A DNA stretch of 64,000 nt, taken from the NCBI GenBank assembly GCA_045531405.1, contig JAZSDX010000053.1, forward strand, positions 13,582 through 77,581. Reading direction: 5' to 3'. A program made the translations under genes and the position numbers. The stretch is from Muribaculaceae bacterium. GTDB lineage: Bacteria > Bacteroidota > Bacteroidia > Bacteroidales > Muribaculaceae. Each line of letters starts with the position of its first letter. The first letter of the stretch is position 1. The notes below the pieces were generated by a model. The model saw only the letters and a program-made list of their open reading frames with translations. It had not been told where the DNA came from and made no database searches. This document shows, piece by piece, positions 38,324 to 47,800 of the stretch.

Positions 38324-39748
38324 ATGGATTTTTTGATAAAACTAAAAAGTGATCATTTACGTTATCGTGAGGCGAAGATTCTTAACCCTTATCACGTTAC
38401 GATTCCCCGTGGTGTTACTGCCATAATGGGACCTAATGGTGCCGGAAAAACTATGCTCGGCAATATCATCGAAAAAGGGTGGAATTTCTGCACAAATAGC
38501 ATCGAGGGGTATCGCGAACGATTGAATATCAAGAAAATTGAGTTTGCCGATATTCATTCGCTTGCCGGATTTAAGGTGGAGTATTACCAACAACGCTTTG
38601 AGTCGATGATGAATGATGAGGTGCCCACTGTTGCCGAAATCTTTCACGACCGCATCAGCTCCTCTCGTTGGCAAGAATTGACAAATGAGCTACGACTAAA
38701 TGACATCACGACAAAACACATTAATTTCTTGTCAAGTGGAGAAACTCGTAAGTTACTTATAGTGAATATGCTCTTTGACTTGCCCGATGTTTTGATTCTC
38801 GACAATCCATATATAGGTCTTGATGCAGCCTCACGCGAAATACTCAACGACACTATAAAAATGATTGCCAATAAAGGGGTATCGGTAATTTTACTCCTTT
38901 GTAATCCTGTTGACTTACCTCCATGTACCGACTGCGTTATACCTATGCTCAATATGGAGATACAAAAACCGATGATGCGGCAAGGAAAAGATATAAAGCA
39001 ATTTCAACAATCATTTTATTATCTCTTTGACTATGCCATAAATCTTGATGCACTACCATCACAACCTACTCGCGAATATAATGCAGAGGAAACCGATGTG
39101 GTATTGGCTCTAAAAAATTGCAAAGTAAAATATGGCTCACGCACCATCATAGAAGATGTGTCGTGGACAATACGCAATGGTGAATGCTGGGCGTTATTTG
39201 GGCCAAATGGTTCGGGAAAATCCACTCTATTAAGCCTCGTGCATGCCGACAATCCTCAAGGATATTCCAATGATATCACTCTCTTTGACCGTCAAAGAGG
39301 CAGTGGTGAAAGTATTTGGGATATAAAACGTCGCATAGGATATATTTCACCCGAAATGCACCTATATTTCAATGGTAGTGGTGATATAAAAACAATTGTG
39401 GCACAAGGGCTGAATGATACTGTTGGATTATTTTGTCAAGTAAAGCCACATCAAATGGAACGAGCCATGCATTGGTTACAATTACTTCATATCGAGCATC
39501 TTGCCGACCGTCGATTTAACACCCTATCGGCTGGAGAACAACGATTGGTACTACTTGCTCGCACGTTTATCAAGCACCCTCAGCTACTCATTCTCGACGA
39601 ACCTCTACATGGTCTTGATGCTGCTCGCAAACGTAGCATTCGTGGCATAATCAACCATCTTGTAGCACGCGACAGCATCACACTAATATATGTAACACAC
39701 TACCTTCCCGAAGTACCCGAGTGTGTCACTCACACCAAGACTCTTTAA
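38324..39748 (+). CDS. Soluble tandem ABC ATPase (two nucleotide-binding domains, no TMD; ModF-like)
   Basis: 474 aa. Walker A twice (GPNGAGKT, GPNGSGKS). Signatures LSSGETRK and LSAGEQRL. Walker B LILDNP and LILDEP. Confidence 0.85.
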   Translation: MDFLIKLKSDHLRYREAKILNPYHVTIPRGVTAIMGPNGAGKTMLGNIIEKGWNFCTNSIEGYRERLNIKKIEFADIHSLAGFKVEYYQQRFESMMNDEVPTVAEIFHDRISSSRWQELTNELRLNDITTKHINFLSSGETRKLLIVNMLFDLPDVLILDNPYIGLDAASREILNDTIKMIANKGVSVILLLCNPVDLPPCTDCVIPMLNMEIQKPMMRQGKDIKQFQQSFYYLFDYAINLDALPSQPTREYNAEETDVVLALKNCKVKYGSRTIIEDVSWTIRNGECWALFGPNGSGKSTLLSLVHADNPQGYSNDITLFDRQRGSGESIWDIKRRIGYISPEMHLYFNGSGDIKTIVAQGLNDTVGLFCQVKPHQMERAMHWLQLLHIEHLADRRFNTLSAGEQRLVLLARTFIKHPQLLILDEPLHGLDAARKRSIRGIINHLVARDSITLIYVTHYLPEVPECVTHTKTL

Positions 39749-42453
39749 TACCAAGTCACACCATTAGAATAAGATGAGCGTTTATCATATTTGAGGTCGG
39801 ACAGCATTGACGATTTTACTGAAATATGGAAATTATATGATTTATATGGTCCGACAGGAACAAAACTTGCTCGCATTGAGAAACAATGCAAATCGCGAGA
39901 TATATTACAATTCATATATGCAATCTTCTTAGTATCGAAATTATAACTCGCGGAGAATCCAAAGTTCCAATTCTTCGTTGGACGTATATTACCCGAAAAA
40001 CTTAAATTTTGCGTCACCTTACCTTTATATTCCAACTTTTCTTTATCAAATTCGCCATAGCCATAATTTACCGAATAGTTGACCGTCAAACTCCATGGCA
40101 CCGACCATTTCATGTATCCATCTTCATCGGTTTGTACTTCTTTTTTCTTTTTTGAATATGGCGAAGTAGTAGCTGTAGATTGTGAATCATCTTCGCTATC
40201 CATATCATCAGAGGTCTCATCACCGGTGCTTGATGTGTTTTCATCTTTTTTACGCCGGAATGTATCATTGTTAAACGTATAAGAGAACGAAGTTCCCGTA
40301 CTTGACAATCGACCCAATCCTTTTCCCGCCTCCCAACGAGGGATATTCACACGAACAGGATTCCCATATTCATTAAGTTGATAAGTATATACATCCCACA
40401 CTGCCGACAAGTTTAGGTTGAAATTTTTCACCAAACGAAGATTTAGCGATGTATTAATATTACTCCAATTTAATGAGTCGGCGGCAAAGTTATAACTTTG
40501 TGATACTGTAAAATTCTCTATCAACGATATTTTCTTCTCCCCAATACTATCATTATCTGATTTAACTTTCATCTCTACATTATTTGAGAGAGCAAGCGAC
40601 ACAGCCCCTGTTTTTCCTTGCCCTGGCACTCCAAACATGCTATTAGGGAACAATGAATATTTACGAGTTTTAGCGTTTCCATTCACATCTACATACTGAT
40701 ATGAGCCATAGTAACCAAAGAAACTGGAAGAGAAGTCGGGAGATGCAGTAAATGAAACTGTAGGAGTAAAAACATGTCTTATCATCTTCACCTTGTCGCC
40801 CAAGAAAGGTAATGGTTGATAAAAACCATATATCTTTGTATCAAGAGACATTGATGCCGAAAAATCCCATACATTATAAAATCCATATGTAGTATCACAC
40901 ACCTCGGCAGCTGCATTAGGGTCCCATTGTCGTCGCACTTTATTTGTATACATGCGATCGGTAAACGACATTTGTGGGGTTATATTTATATACTTAAACA
41001 AATTGAACGTTGCTGAAATAGGAACCGAATGTCTCATCCCATTTCTCCAATCCTTTATAAGGTTTTTCTTAAAAAATTCATCTTGTTTTGCAGTCAACGA
41101 ATTTTGGAATTGCCCTGAATATGACATTCTAATCTTTTCATACCATTTTTCATCACCCACAGCTCGTTTTCGCTTAAACGGATATATTTGCGACATAGAT
41201 AATGTAAAATTGGGAAACGACACCGACAATGTTGAGTCTTGTGTGCGTTGCGACACATTAAGAGTCGTAGAAAGAGACCATTTAGACTGAGGGAATCGAT
41301 ATGTCAAATTTACCGAGCTACTCTTTGTATTTTCGGTAAATGCATTACTATAATAACTATTCAAATCATTACGAGTATATCCACTTGTTGTAAAGTTAAC
41401 ACTTGCCGAGAGGTTTAAGTTTGGATTGGCCTTTGCATCCTGAGTGTGATGCCATAGGATTTGGAAGTTGGTTTGTGTTGAATAATCAGGCATACCTTTA
41501 TCTCCATATATCGATTTAAGATAACTGAAATCAAAGTTACCTGAATATTTATAACGCTTCACATAATTGGATCTTGCTTTCAGCCCCCAAGAACCTTTGG
41601 TATAAATTTCTCCGGTTAAAGCCAAATCGATATTATCATTTATTGCAAAATAATATCCACCATCTCTTAAATAAAATCCACGTTGATAATCATCTCCAAT
41701 AGTGGGGAAAATCACCCCCGATGAATATTTTTCAGTAAATGGGAAATAACCAAAAGGAACAGCTAATGGCAATGGTAATCCTGCCAACACCAAATATGTC
41801 GGGCCTACTACAATATCCTTTTTAGGTCTCATTTTGCCCTTGGTTACTTGGAAATAAAAGTGAGGGCAATCATGATTATCACATGTTGTGTATCGACCAT
41901 TTTTTATGTAATAAGAGTCTTCGGAATCTTTCTTTGTTTCTCCTCCCGTAAGATACCCTTCACCTTGTTCAGTTATTACATTGGTAATGTACCCTTTCTT
42001 TGTTTTGAAATTATATTTCATGGTTTCGGTCTCATAGGTAGTCCCACCCTCATCAAATATAGGTTTTCCCACCCATTCTCCAACAGAGTCTTTGCTTCCT
42101 ACCGCATAGACAAGGCTATTCTTCATATCCATATCTATCTTATCGGCATCAAGTTTTAGATTCCCATATTTAACCTTACCATTACCATACATGTAAATTT
42201 GATTTTGCCCCGTCATTACGATAGAATCTTTTGACGAAAAGTCAACTTGGTTATCAAGATCAACTTTTACTCGACGGATACGCGATGGCTTTACTGAATC
42301 TATAGTTGTAATTGCAATTGAGTCGGGAGCTATAGTATCAGTGACAACAATAGTATCAACATTGACAACACTATCCTCGTTCAAGGATTGTGCCCCAACG
42401 TTGAATGTAAACAACATTAAAATTGCTAATATATAGAATTGAGTTCGGCTCAA
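39745..42453 (-). CDS. lptD: LptD/OstA-like outer-membrane LPS-assembly protein (Bacteroidota type)
   Basis: 902 aa. The only in-frame start that gives a signal peptide is the TTG at 42451-42453 (..FNVGA|QS). OstA-like N-domain (IYMYGNGKVKYGNLKLDADKIDMD). Long beta-barrel ending in GVTWY. Confidence 0.65.
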   Translation of the reverse strand: MSRTQFYILAILMLFTFNVGAQSLNEDSVVNVDTIVVTDTIAPDSIAITTIDSVKPSRIRRVKVDLDNQVDFSSKDSIVMTGQNQIYMYGNGKVKYGNLKLDADKIDMDMKNSLVYAVGSKDSVGEWVGKPIFDEGGTTYETETMKYNFKTKKGYITNVITEQGEGYLTGGETKKDSEDSYYIKNGRYTTCDNHDCPHFYFQVTKGKMRPKKDIVVGPTYLVLAGLPLPLAVPFGYFPFTEKYSSGVIFPTIGDDYQRGFYLRDGGYYFAINDNIDLALTGEIYTKGSWGLKARSNYVKRYKYSGNFDFSYLKSIYGDKGMPDYSTQTNFQILWHHTQDAKANPNLNLSASVNFTTSGYTRNDLNSYYSNAFTENTKSSSVNLTYRFPQSKWSLSTTLNVSQRTQDSTLSVSFPNFTLSMSQIYPFKRKRAVGDEKWYEKIRMSYSGQFQNSLTAKQDEFFKKNLIKDWRNGMRHSVPISATFNLFKYINITPQMSFTDRMYTNKVRRQWDPNAAAEVCDTTYGFYNVWDFSASMSLDTKIYGFYQPLPFLGDKVKMIRHVFTPTVSFTASPDFSSSFFGYYGSYQYVDVNGNAKTRKYSLFPNSMFGVPGQGKTGAVSLALSNNVEMKVKSDNDSIGEKKISLIENFTVSQSYNFAADSLNWSNINTSLNLRLVKNFNLNLSAVWDVYTYQLNEYGNPVRVNIPRWEAGKGLGRLSSTGTSFSYTFNNDTFRRKKDENTSSTGDETSDDMDSEDDSQSTATTSPYSKKKKEVQTDEDGYMKWSVPWSLTVNYSVNYGYGEFDKEKLEYKGKVTQNLSFSGNIRPTKNWNFGFSASYNFDTKKIAYMNCNISRDLHCFSMRASFVPVGPYKSYNFHISVKSSMLSDLKYDKRSSYSNGVTWY

Positions 42454-42480
42454 ATGCTTAGTTCACTTTATTTCAAAGTA

Positions 42481-42488
42481 CAAAGATA
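42481..42488 (-). promoter_or_regulatory. Candidate -7 box TATCTTTG for the lptD-like gene
   Basis: Reverse complement of caaagata. Lies about 28 nt upstream of the TTG start. Confidence 0.3.
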
Positions 42489-42560
42489 GTAAATCAGCAC
42501 GGATTAACAGCCCTTTAGGTTTTATTTTAACCACTAAAATTAGTTTTTTTAATACAATTT

Positions 42561-44858
42561 CTAAAAAGGATAGCCAATTGCCAAATGGAATGCCAATGAT
42601 TTTCCAAAAGACTCCATATTGTAATAACCCCTTCTTCCGGTATCATACGGCACATGAATGCCTATCCCTAAATCCCCTCTAACCACAAGCATCTCCATGT
42701 CAAATCGAAGCCCAACTCCGGTTCCAAGTGCTAAATCTCGCAAAAAACGAGAGCCGACTAACGTTCCTCCCGGTCGTTGCGGGTCATTTTCTAATAGCCA
42801 CACATTTCCGGCATCAACAAAGAATGCGCCTTTGAACATCCCATATATCGGGAATCTATATTCCAAATTTGCTTCAAACTTAAATGTACCAGTTTGGTCA
42901 AAATAATTATCGGCTGATGCACCAGGAGCTCGGTATGTGCCCGGACCTATACTTCTCACGGCAAAAGCTCTAACCGAGTTTGCGCCCCCCACATAAAACT
43001 GCTCGCTATATGGCACTTGTGCCGAATTACCATAAGCATGAGCGGCTCCAACAGTTGCTCGAGAATACAGCCAATGACTACCTCCTAAACGACAACTAAA
43101 GACTACTTGTGTTGAACCTTTTATAAACTGAGAAAATGGTGTATCAAACATTGTTTTCTCATTTTTTTGCCCAGCAAGTTCCCATATTGCCCAACATAAA
43201 TTTCCAGCCTCTTGCGCCGTAAATTGCCAATTTATCGCGTTATTTCGATCTATACGTCTATCATATGTATATGAATATGCAATTTGAGGGATAAACTGGT
43301 CTTGAAAACTTTGCGCAACAGCCAAATTTTGGTTCATGATAGAATCAAAATCGGTAGTTGTATTAAGTAGTTTTGTATATGTAACTTTCCCTATCGTAAG
43401 AGTATTTGTTGAATATCTCGATGATTGCCAATCATAACTCATTGCGGCATTAAATTGTGCCATTTTGAAATAATGAGGTCGATTTAGCACCTCTGCATCA
43501 AGCGATAATCGTGTCCAATTTAATTCTCGACGACGGCGTGGGATAAAACGAGGGGCAAGCAATCGAGGAAATGATAATGTAGTATTTATACCAAATTCAT
43601 ATGAATTAAATAGGGAATTGCGATTTCTACCGGTTTGCCATTCATATGCACCAACCAAGCTCACATTTAATTGTTCTCCTCCGCCAAATAAATTCTTATT
43701 AGTAACACCAATCGAGACTCCCGGGCCCAAGTAACTATTTGACTTTGACGTAGCATTAACTTCAAGGCTTAACTCTATCGGTGCGTCCTGTGTACAAATT
43801 ATATCTACATTCAACCTATTTTCTAATGACAACGAATCGGGAACAACATTGATATTTATATCCTTAAATATCCCCAATCGCGACAAATAAGTTTGAGTGC
43901 GATTCATATCTCTAATCGAAAAAGTTCGACCTTTTCTAAAGGTTACACATTCGGGAATAATTTGATGTCTCAATTTTGAGGGTTGCATCTGTACGATTGT
44001 TGCCCTTTGTGTTTGGATTGTATCGGGTTGCCCCCCCCCTTCATTACGGTGCACATAAACAACCACATTTCCTGTAACATATCTAACCAGTGCGTTAGTA
44101 GGCACATTTTCAGCCATCACCATTTTAATTGCAATTGATTGTGGCACGATTGTACTATCGGCTAAATATTCAATATACTCAGGGCGAAAGAAATAATAAC
44201 CTCGGTTTCTCACTTGATTTGCTATTTCAGTACGCAATTCAGCCAACGAATCGGTACAATAGCGAGTCCCTTTTGTCAATAATTTTGACTTTATGGTTAT
44301 TGAATCTATAATATGATTTAGATGGTTTGTATCGGGCAACAATTGAATCGAGTCAATACGATACACCGGACCGGTCTTTACATCATATGCAATTCTCACT
44401 TTCTTCGGATTTTTACCTTTGATGAGTTCATAACCAACAGCCGAGCTAAAATAACCATTATTCTCGAGTATCTCATTTATCATCTTCACTCGCAATTCGG
44501 GACGCACATCGGATAACAACACCGGGTCTTCTACCAATTTATTATATAACCATCCTTTTATTCCGGTAGAGTTGTTATTCCAATTATTATACACCCACAA
44601 TCCCACCGGAAATGGATGGCGAATTGTCGGAGAAATCAAGCTATTATTTGGGGGAACATTTACTGCCTCTTTTACCTGTGACTTTACTTCAGAGGGCAAC
44701 TTTCCTCCATCAACCGACTGAATCTCCACTTTTTTTACTCCGGTATAAAGAGGATCATCGGCACTCAATCTCTTTGTCGTAGAGCATGACACTACAATAA
44801 TTGCAAATAGGATTACAATTAAATATCTAAATTTTATATTGAGACTCAATCTTGACAT
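42561..44858 (-). CDS. tamA: BamA/TamA-family (Omp85) outer-membrane protein
   Basis: 765 aa. POTRA-like N-region. Omp85 barrel with C-terminal beta-signal (HLAIGYPF). Lies 11 nt downstream of the TamB-like gene. Confidence 0.8.
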   Translation of the reverse strand: MSRLSLNIKFRYLIVILFAIIVVSCSTTKRLSADDPLYTGVKKVEIQSVDGGKLPSEVKSQVKEAVNVPPNNSLISPTIRHPFPVGLWVYNNWNNNSTGIKGWLYNKLVEDPVLLSDVRPELRVKMINEILENNGYFSSAVGYELIKGKNPKKVRIAYDVKTGPVYRIDSIQLLPDTNHLNHIIDSITIKSKLLTKGTRYCTDSLAELRTEIANQVRNRGYYFFRPEYIEYLADSTIVPQSIAIKMVMAENVPTNALVRYVTGNVVVYVHRNEGGGQPDTIQTQRATIVQMQPSKLRHQIIPECVTFRKGRTFSIRDMNRTQTYLSRLGIFKDININVVPDSLSLENRLNVDIICTQDAPIELSLEVNATSKSNSYLGPGVSIGVTNKNLFGGGEQLNVSLVGAYEWQTGRNRNSLFNSYEFGINTTLSFPRLLAPRFIPRRRRELNWTRLSLDAEVLNRPHYFKMAQFNAAMSYDWQSSRYSTNTLTIGKVTYTKLLNTTTDFDSIMNQNLAVAQSFQDQFIPQIAYSYTYDRRIDRNNAINWQFTAQEAGNLCWAIWELAGQKNEKTMFDTPFSQFIKGSTQVVFSCRLGGSHWLYSRATVGAAHAYGNSAQVPYSEQFYVGGANSVRAFAVRSIGPGTYRAPGASADNYFDQTGTFKFEANLEYRFPIYGMFKGAFFVDAGNVWLLENDPQRPGGTLVGSRFLRDLALGTGVGLRFDMEMLVVRGDLGIGIHVPYDTGRRGYYNMESFGKSLAFHLAIGYPF

Positions 44859-44869
44859 TTACATATTGC

Positions 44870-47800
44870 TTATCTAAACAAATCTCTGAGAGATTTCAAT
44901 TTTCGTTTATACACAAAACCCACTCCGGTTTGTGTTATCTCACCCTCAAGAATACTCTCAAATCCTACTTTTCGGAACAATTTTACATTCATCGTACCAC
45001 TGCGATTGAGCATATATTCAAACGAGATATCATTAATCAAATTTTGCGAATAGTTTTCATCTGTCTCAGCATCGGTAGAGTAATTACCTCCTACTACAAT
45101 CTTAAATCGATCATTAAACATTGTTTTTGACACCTTATAACTATAACTGGTTGTTTTTGATGTACTACCATCAATGGTTTTATCATATTGGTCTATCCCA
45201 AATGAGACATCAACAAAACCTATATTATTCGCAGCCCATGTATTTAATTTTGATTCAACAAACGAGTACAACGGGTTTCCCGATAAATTTGAATTTGCCT
45301 TTGAGCCTGCCCCGGTATATATATTATACAGCAACATATTCATTGCTTGATTTGCTCTCTGCTCAGCACTCATTGACGACAACTCATTGGCAATAGTCAT
45401 ATCTTCAGGTGTTGATAAATCAAATGCCACATTCATATTATTCAACGTATTAGAAACCGACAATTTTACATCAAAGTTAACCAATCGCGAGTCTTGCCCT
45501 TCTTGTGTCACATTAGCCTTTATATTGTCAATTGCATTAAGACTCAAAATTGGGTTAAGCATATCTCCATTAAAAGCTACATAACTACCTTCGACAAAAT
45601 TAAACAACTTTTCCGACATCAAAGGTGGTGTATATCTAACAAAACCTTTATTTATTGTATATCGTCCGGTTAAGCGACTATCGGCCATTGCGTCCATCGA
45701 ATAATTCAACACGCCATTTCCTTGCAGCTGCACTTTATTTTTTCCATCGGCCGATAAATCCACATTGATTGTCGATCCATCTGATACAACTAAATCCACA
45801 TCTAATTTCAACAGCATAGCCTCAACCATTTTATCTGTAGCATCAACTTTCGTTGTATCTGAGAATTTTACAAATTTAACCATATCCTCAGTATTATAAG
45901 ATGTTATTGTTGATGTTGCATCCGGTATTATATATGTAATATTAGATCCTCCAAGAAGGTTTATTGTTGCATCCACATCAATCTGCGACAAATCCCCCTT
46001 TATCCCTGCGTCAATATCAATAAATCCTTTACCATATACATCGGCTCGTTTGGATTTATTACTCCCCACAATCTGCATATCTCTTGCCTTGAGAGTCAAA
46101 TCAATTTTAGGCAGAGTCAAATCGCCAATATCAACCATACCATCAACCATCAGTGGGTTCTTATTAACCCCCGATATTGCAAAATTATCAAACGATACGA
46201 CATTGTCAACAATAGGAATATTCTCTTGTGAAAAATTTAATGGAGTTCCGGTCATTGTAACCATCACTGCCGTTGTATCAAAATTAAGATTTCCATTAAA
46301 AATAGGATTTTCTTGATTCCCTCTAATTTTCATTTCACCATTAAGAGTTCCCTTCAACGAAGCAATTGTTTTTGGAATCATCGGGTTTAACACCTTTAAC
46401 GGGAAATGTATAACCGAAAAGTCCATCATAAATGGCGATTGACTTGTGGTATCATTTATACATCCCACGAGTGTCATTGTTTTTTCCCCATCAATCATTA
46501 ATGATGCCGATGCATTTGTTTGACCTGATTTATCGGTTGTGACACCAAGATCGGCGACAAACGTACCCACTCGTTCTTTTCCTACTACAAACTCCTCAAG
46601 TGACACAACTCCATTTCCATTCAATCGTCCATCTCCCCAATTTAGACGAATATCAGCCGACATATCTCCCTTTATGGATGGGGCATAAGGATTAAATGCG
46701 ACCAATTCAGTTAATTTCAAGTTTTTCACTTTCAATATCACATCTTCCTGATGTGAAGTTTGAGATGTACTATCATGTTGCGTAAAAATATTTATTGAAC
46801 TTGTTGCATTTTTCATCGCGACATCTGCATCAATGTGACGTGTAAATATGTTATATTCAATAAAATTATCATCATTTATATTCCATGACTTATATGCAAG
46901 TTTAGGCACTTCGGGGAATAATTCAAATCGCACGATAGAATCACCAACCTGCGCAAGCGCCCCAATATTATATCCCATCTCTCCCAATACATTTTGCTGT
47001 TGCAAGTGTGCTGAGACCAAGTCATTTGCGACATAGCCATCTAACACGACTTGCGCATAATCATCTAATGTCCCCGGACGATTTCCAATTGAAGCGTTAT
47101 ACATCAATATTTTATCATACTGCGTTGCCTCAAACTTTAGGGTATCAATTGCAGTCGTTGACATTTTATAATTTAGCACTTGTCCCGATAAATTTATCAT
47201 TGAATCGTTGCTTGCCTTTAATACAAAGCGCTCAAATGTCTGATTTCTTGAGGATAAATATTCCGATAATATATTATTAGAACCTGCTCTGACATCTAAA
47301 TTAAATTTTGGTAATGCCTGCTGAATTTTTTCAACATCTATCATTCTCGAATCAATTTGTCGCGCAAATTCATCTCCTACATTGGTCACTTTTTTCATGA
47401 TAGTATCAAGTGGCTCCATTGTACTGAGAAACGCAAACATATCTTTATTTCGCAATGCCATATTTATGACCGAATCAGAAGCCATTAATTTAGTGTTAAT
47501 ATCCTTCATCGCCAAGTTCAACGAATCACTACGCCAATCAACCTCGTCTATTTGCAACGCACCTCTCATGCTATGTTTTTCCTTATCAAGTTGGCCCCGA
47601 CTACTAAACATGGTAGATAACTCGGCTCGTTGTTCCATAAGTGCAAGGCATGCCAAATCAAGGCTTCGAATATCGGCATTTACATCCCACGTCATTTTGG
47701 AATCTTCAAATTGACAACAAGCCATAATATCCAAATCGGCTCCTATATTTTCAGACATCAACTTCACTTCGGCATTATTATTTGCCATCTCTACATCAAG

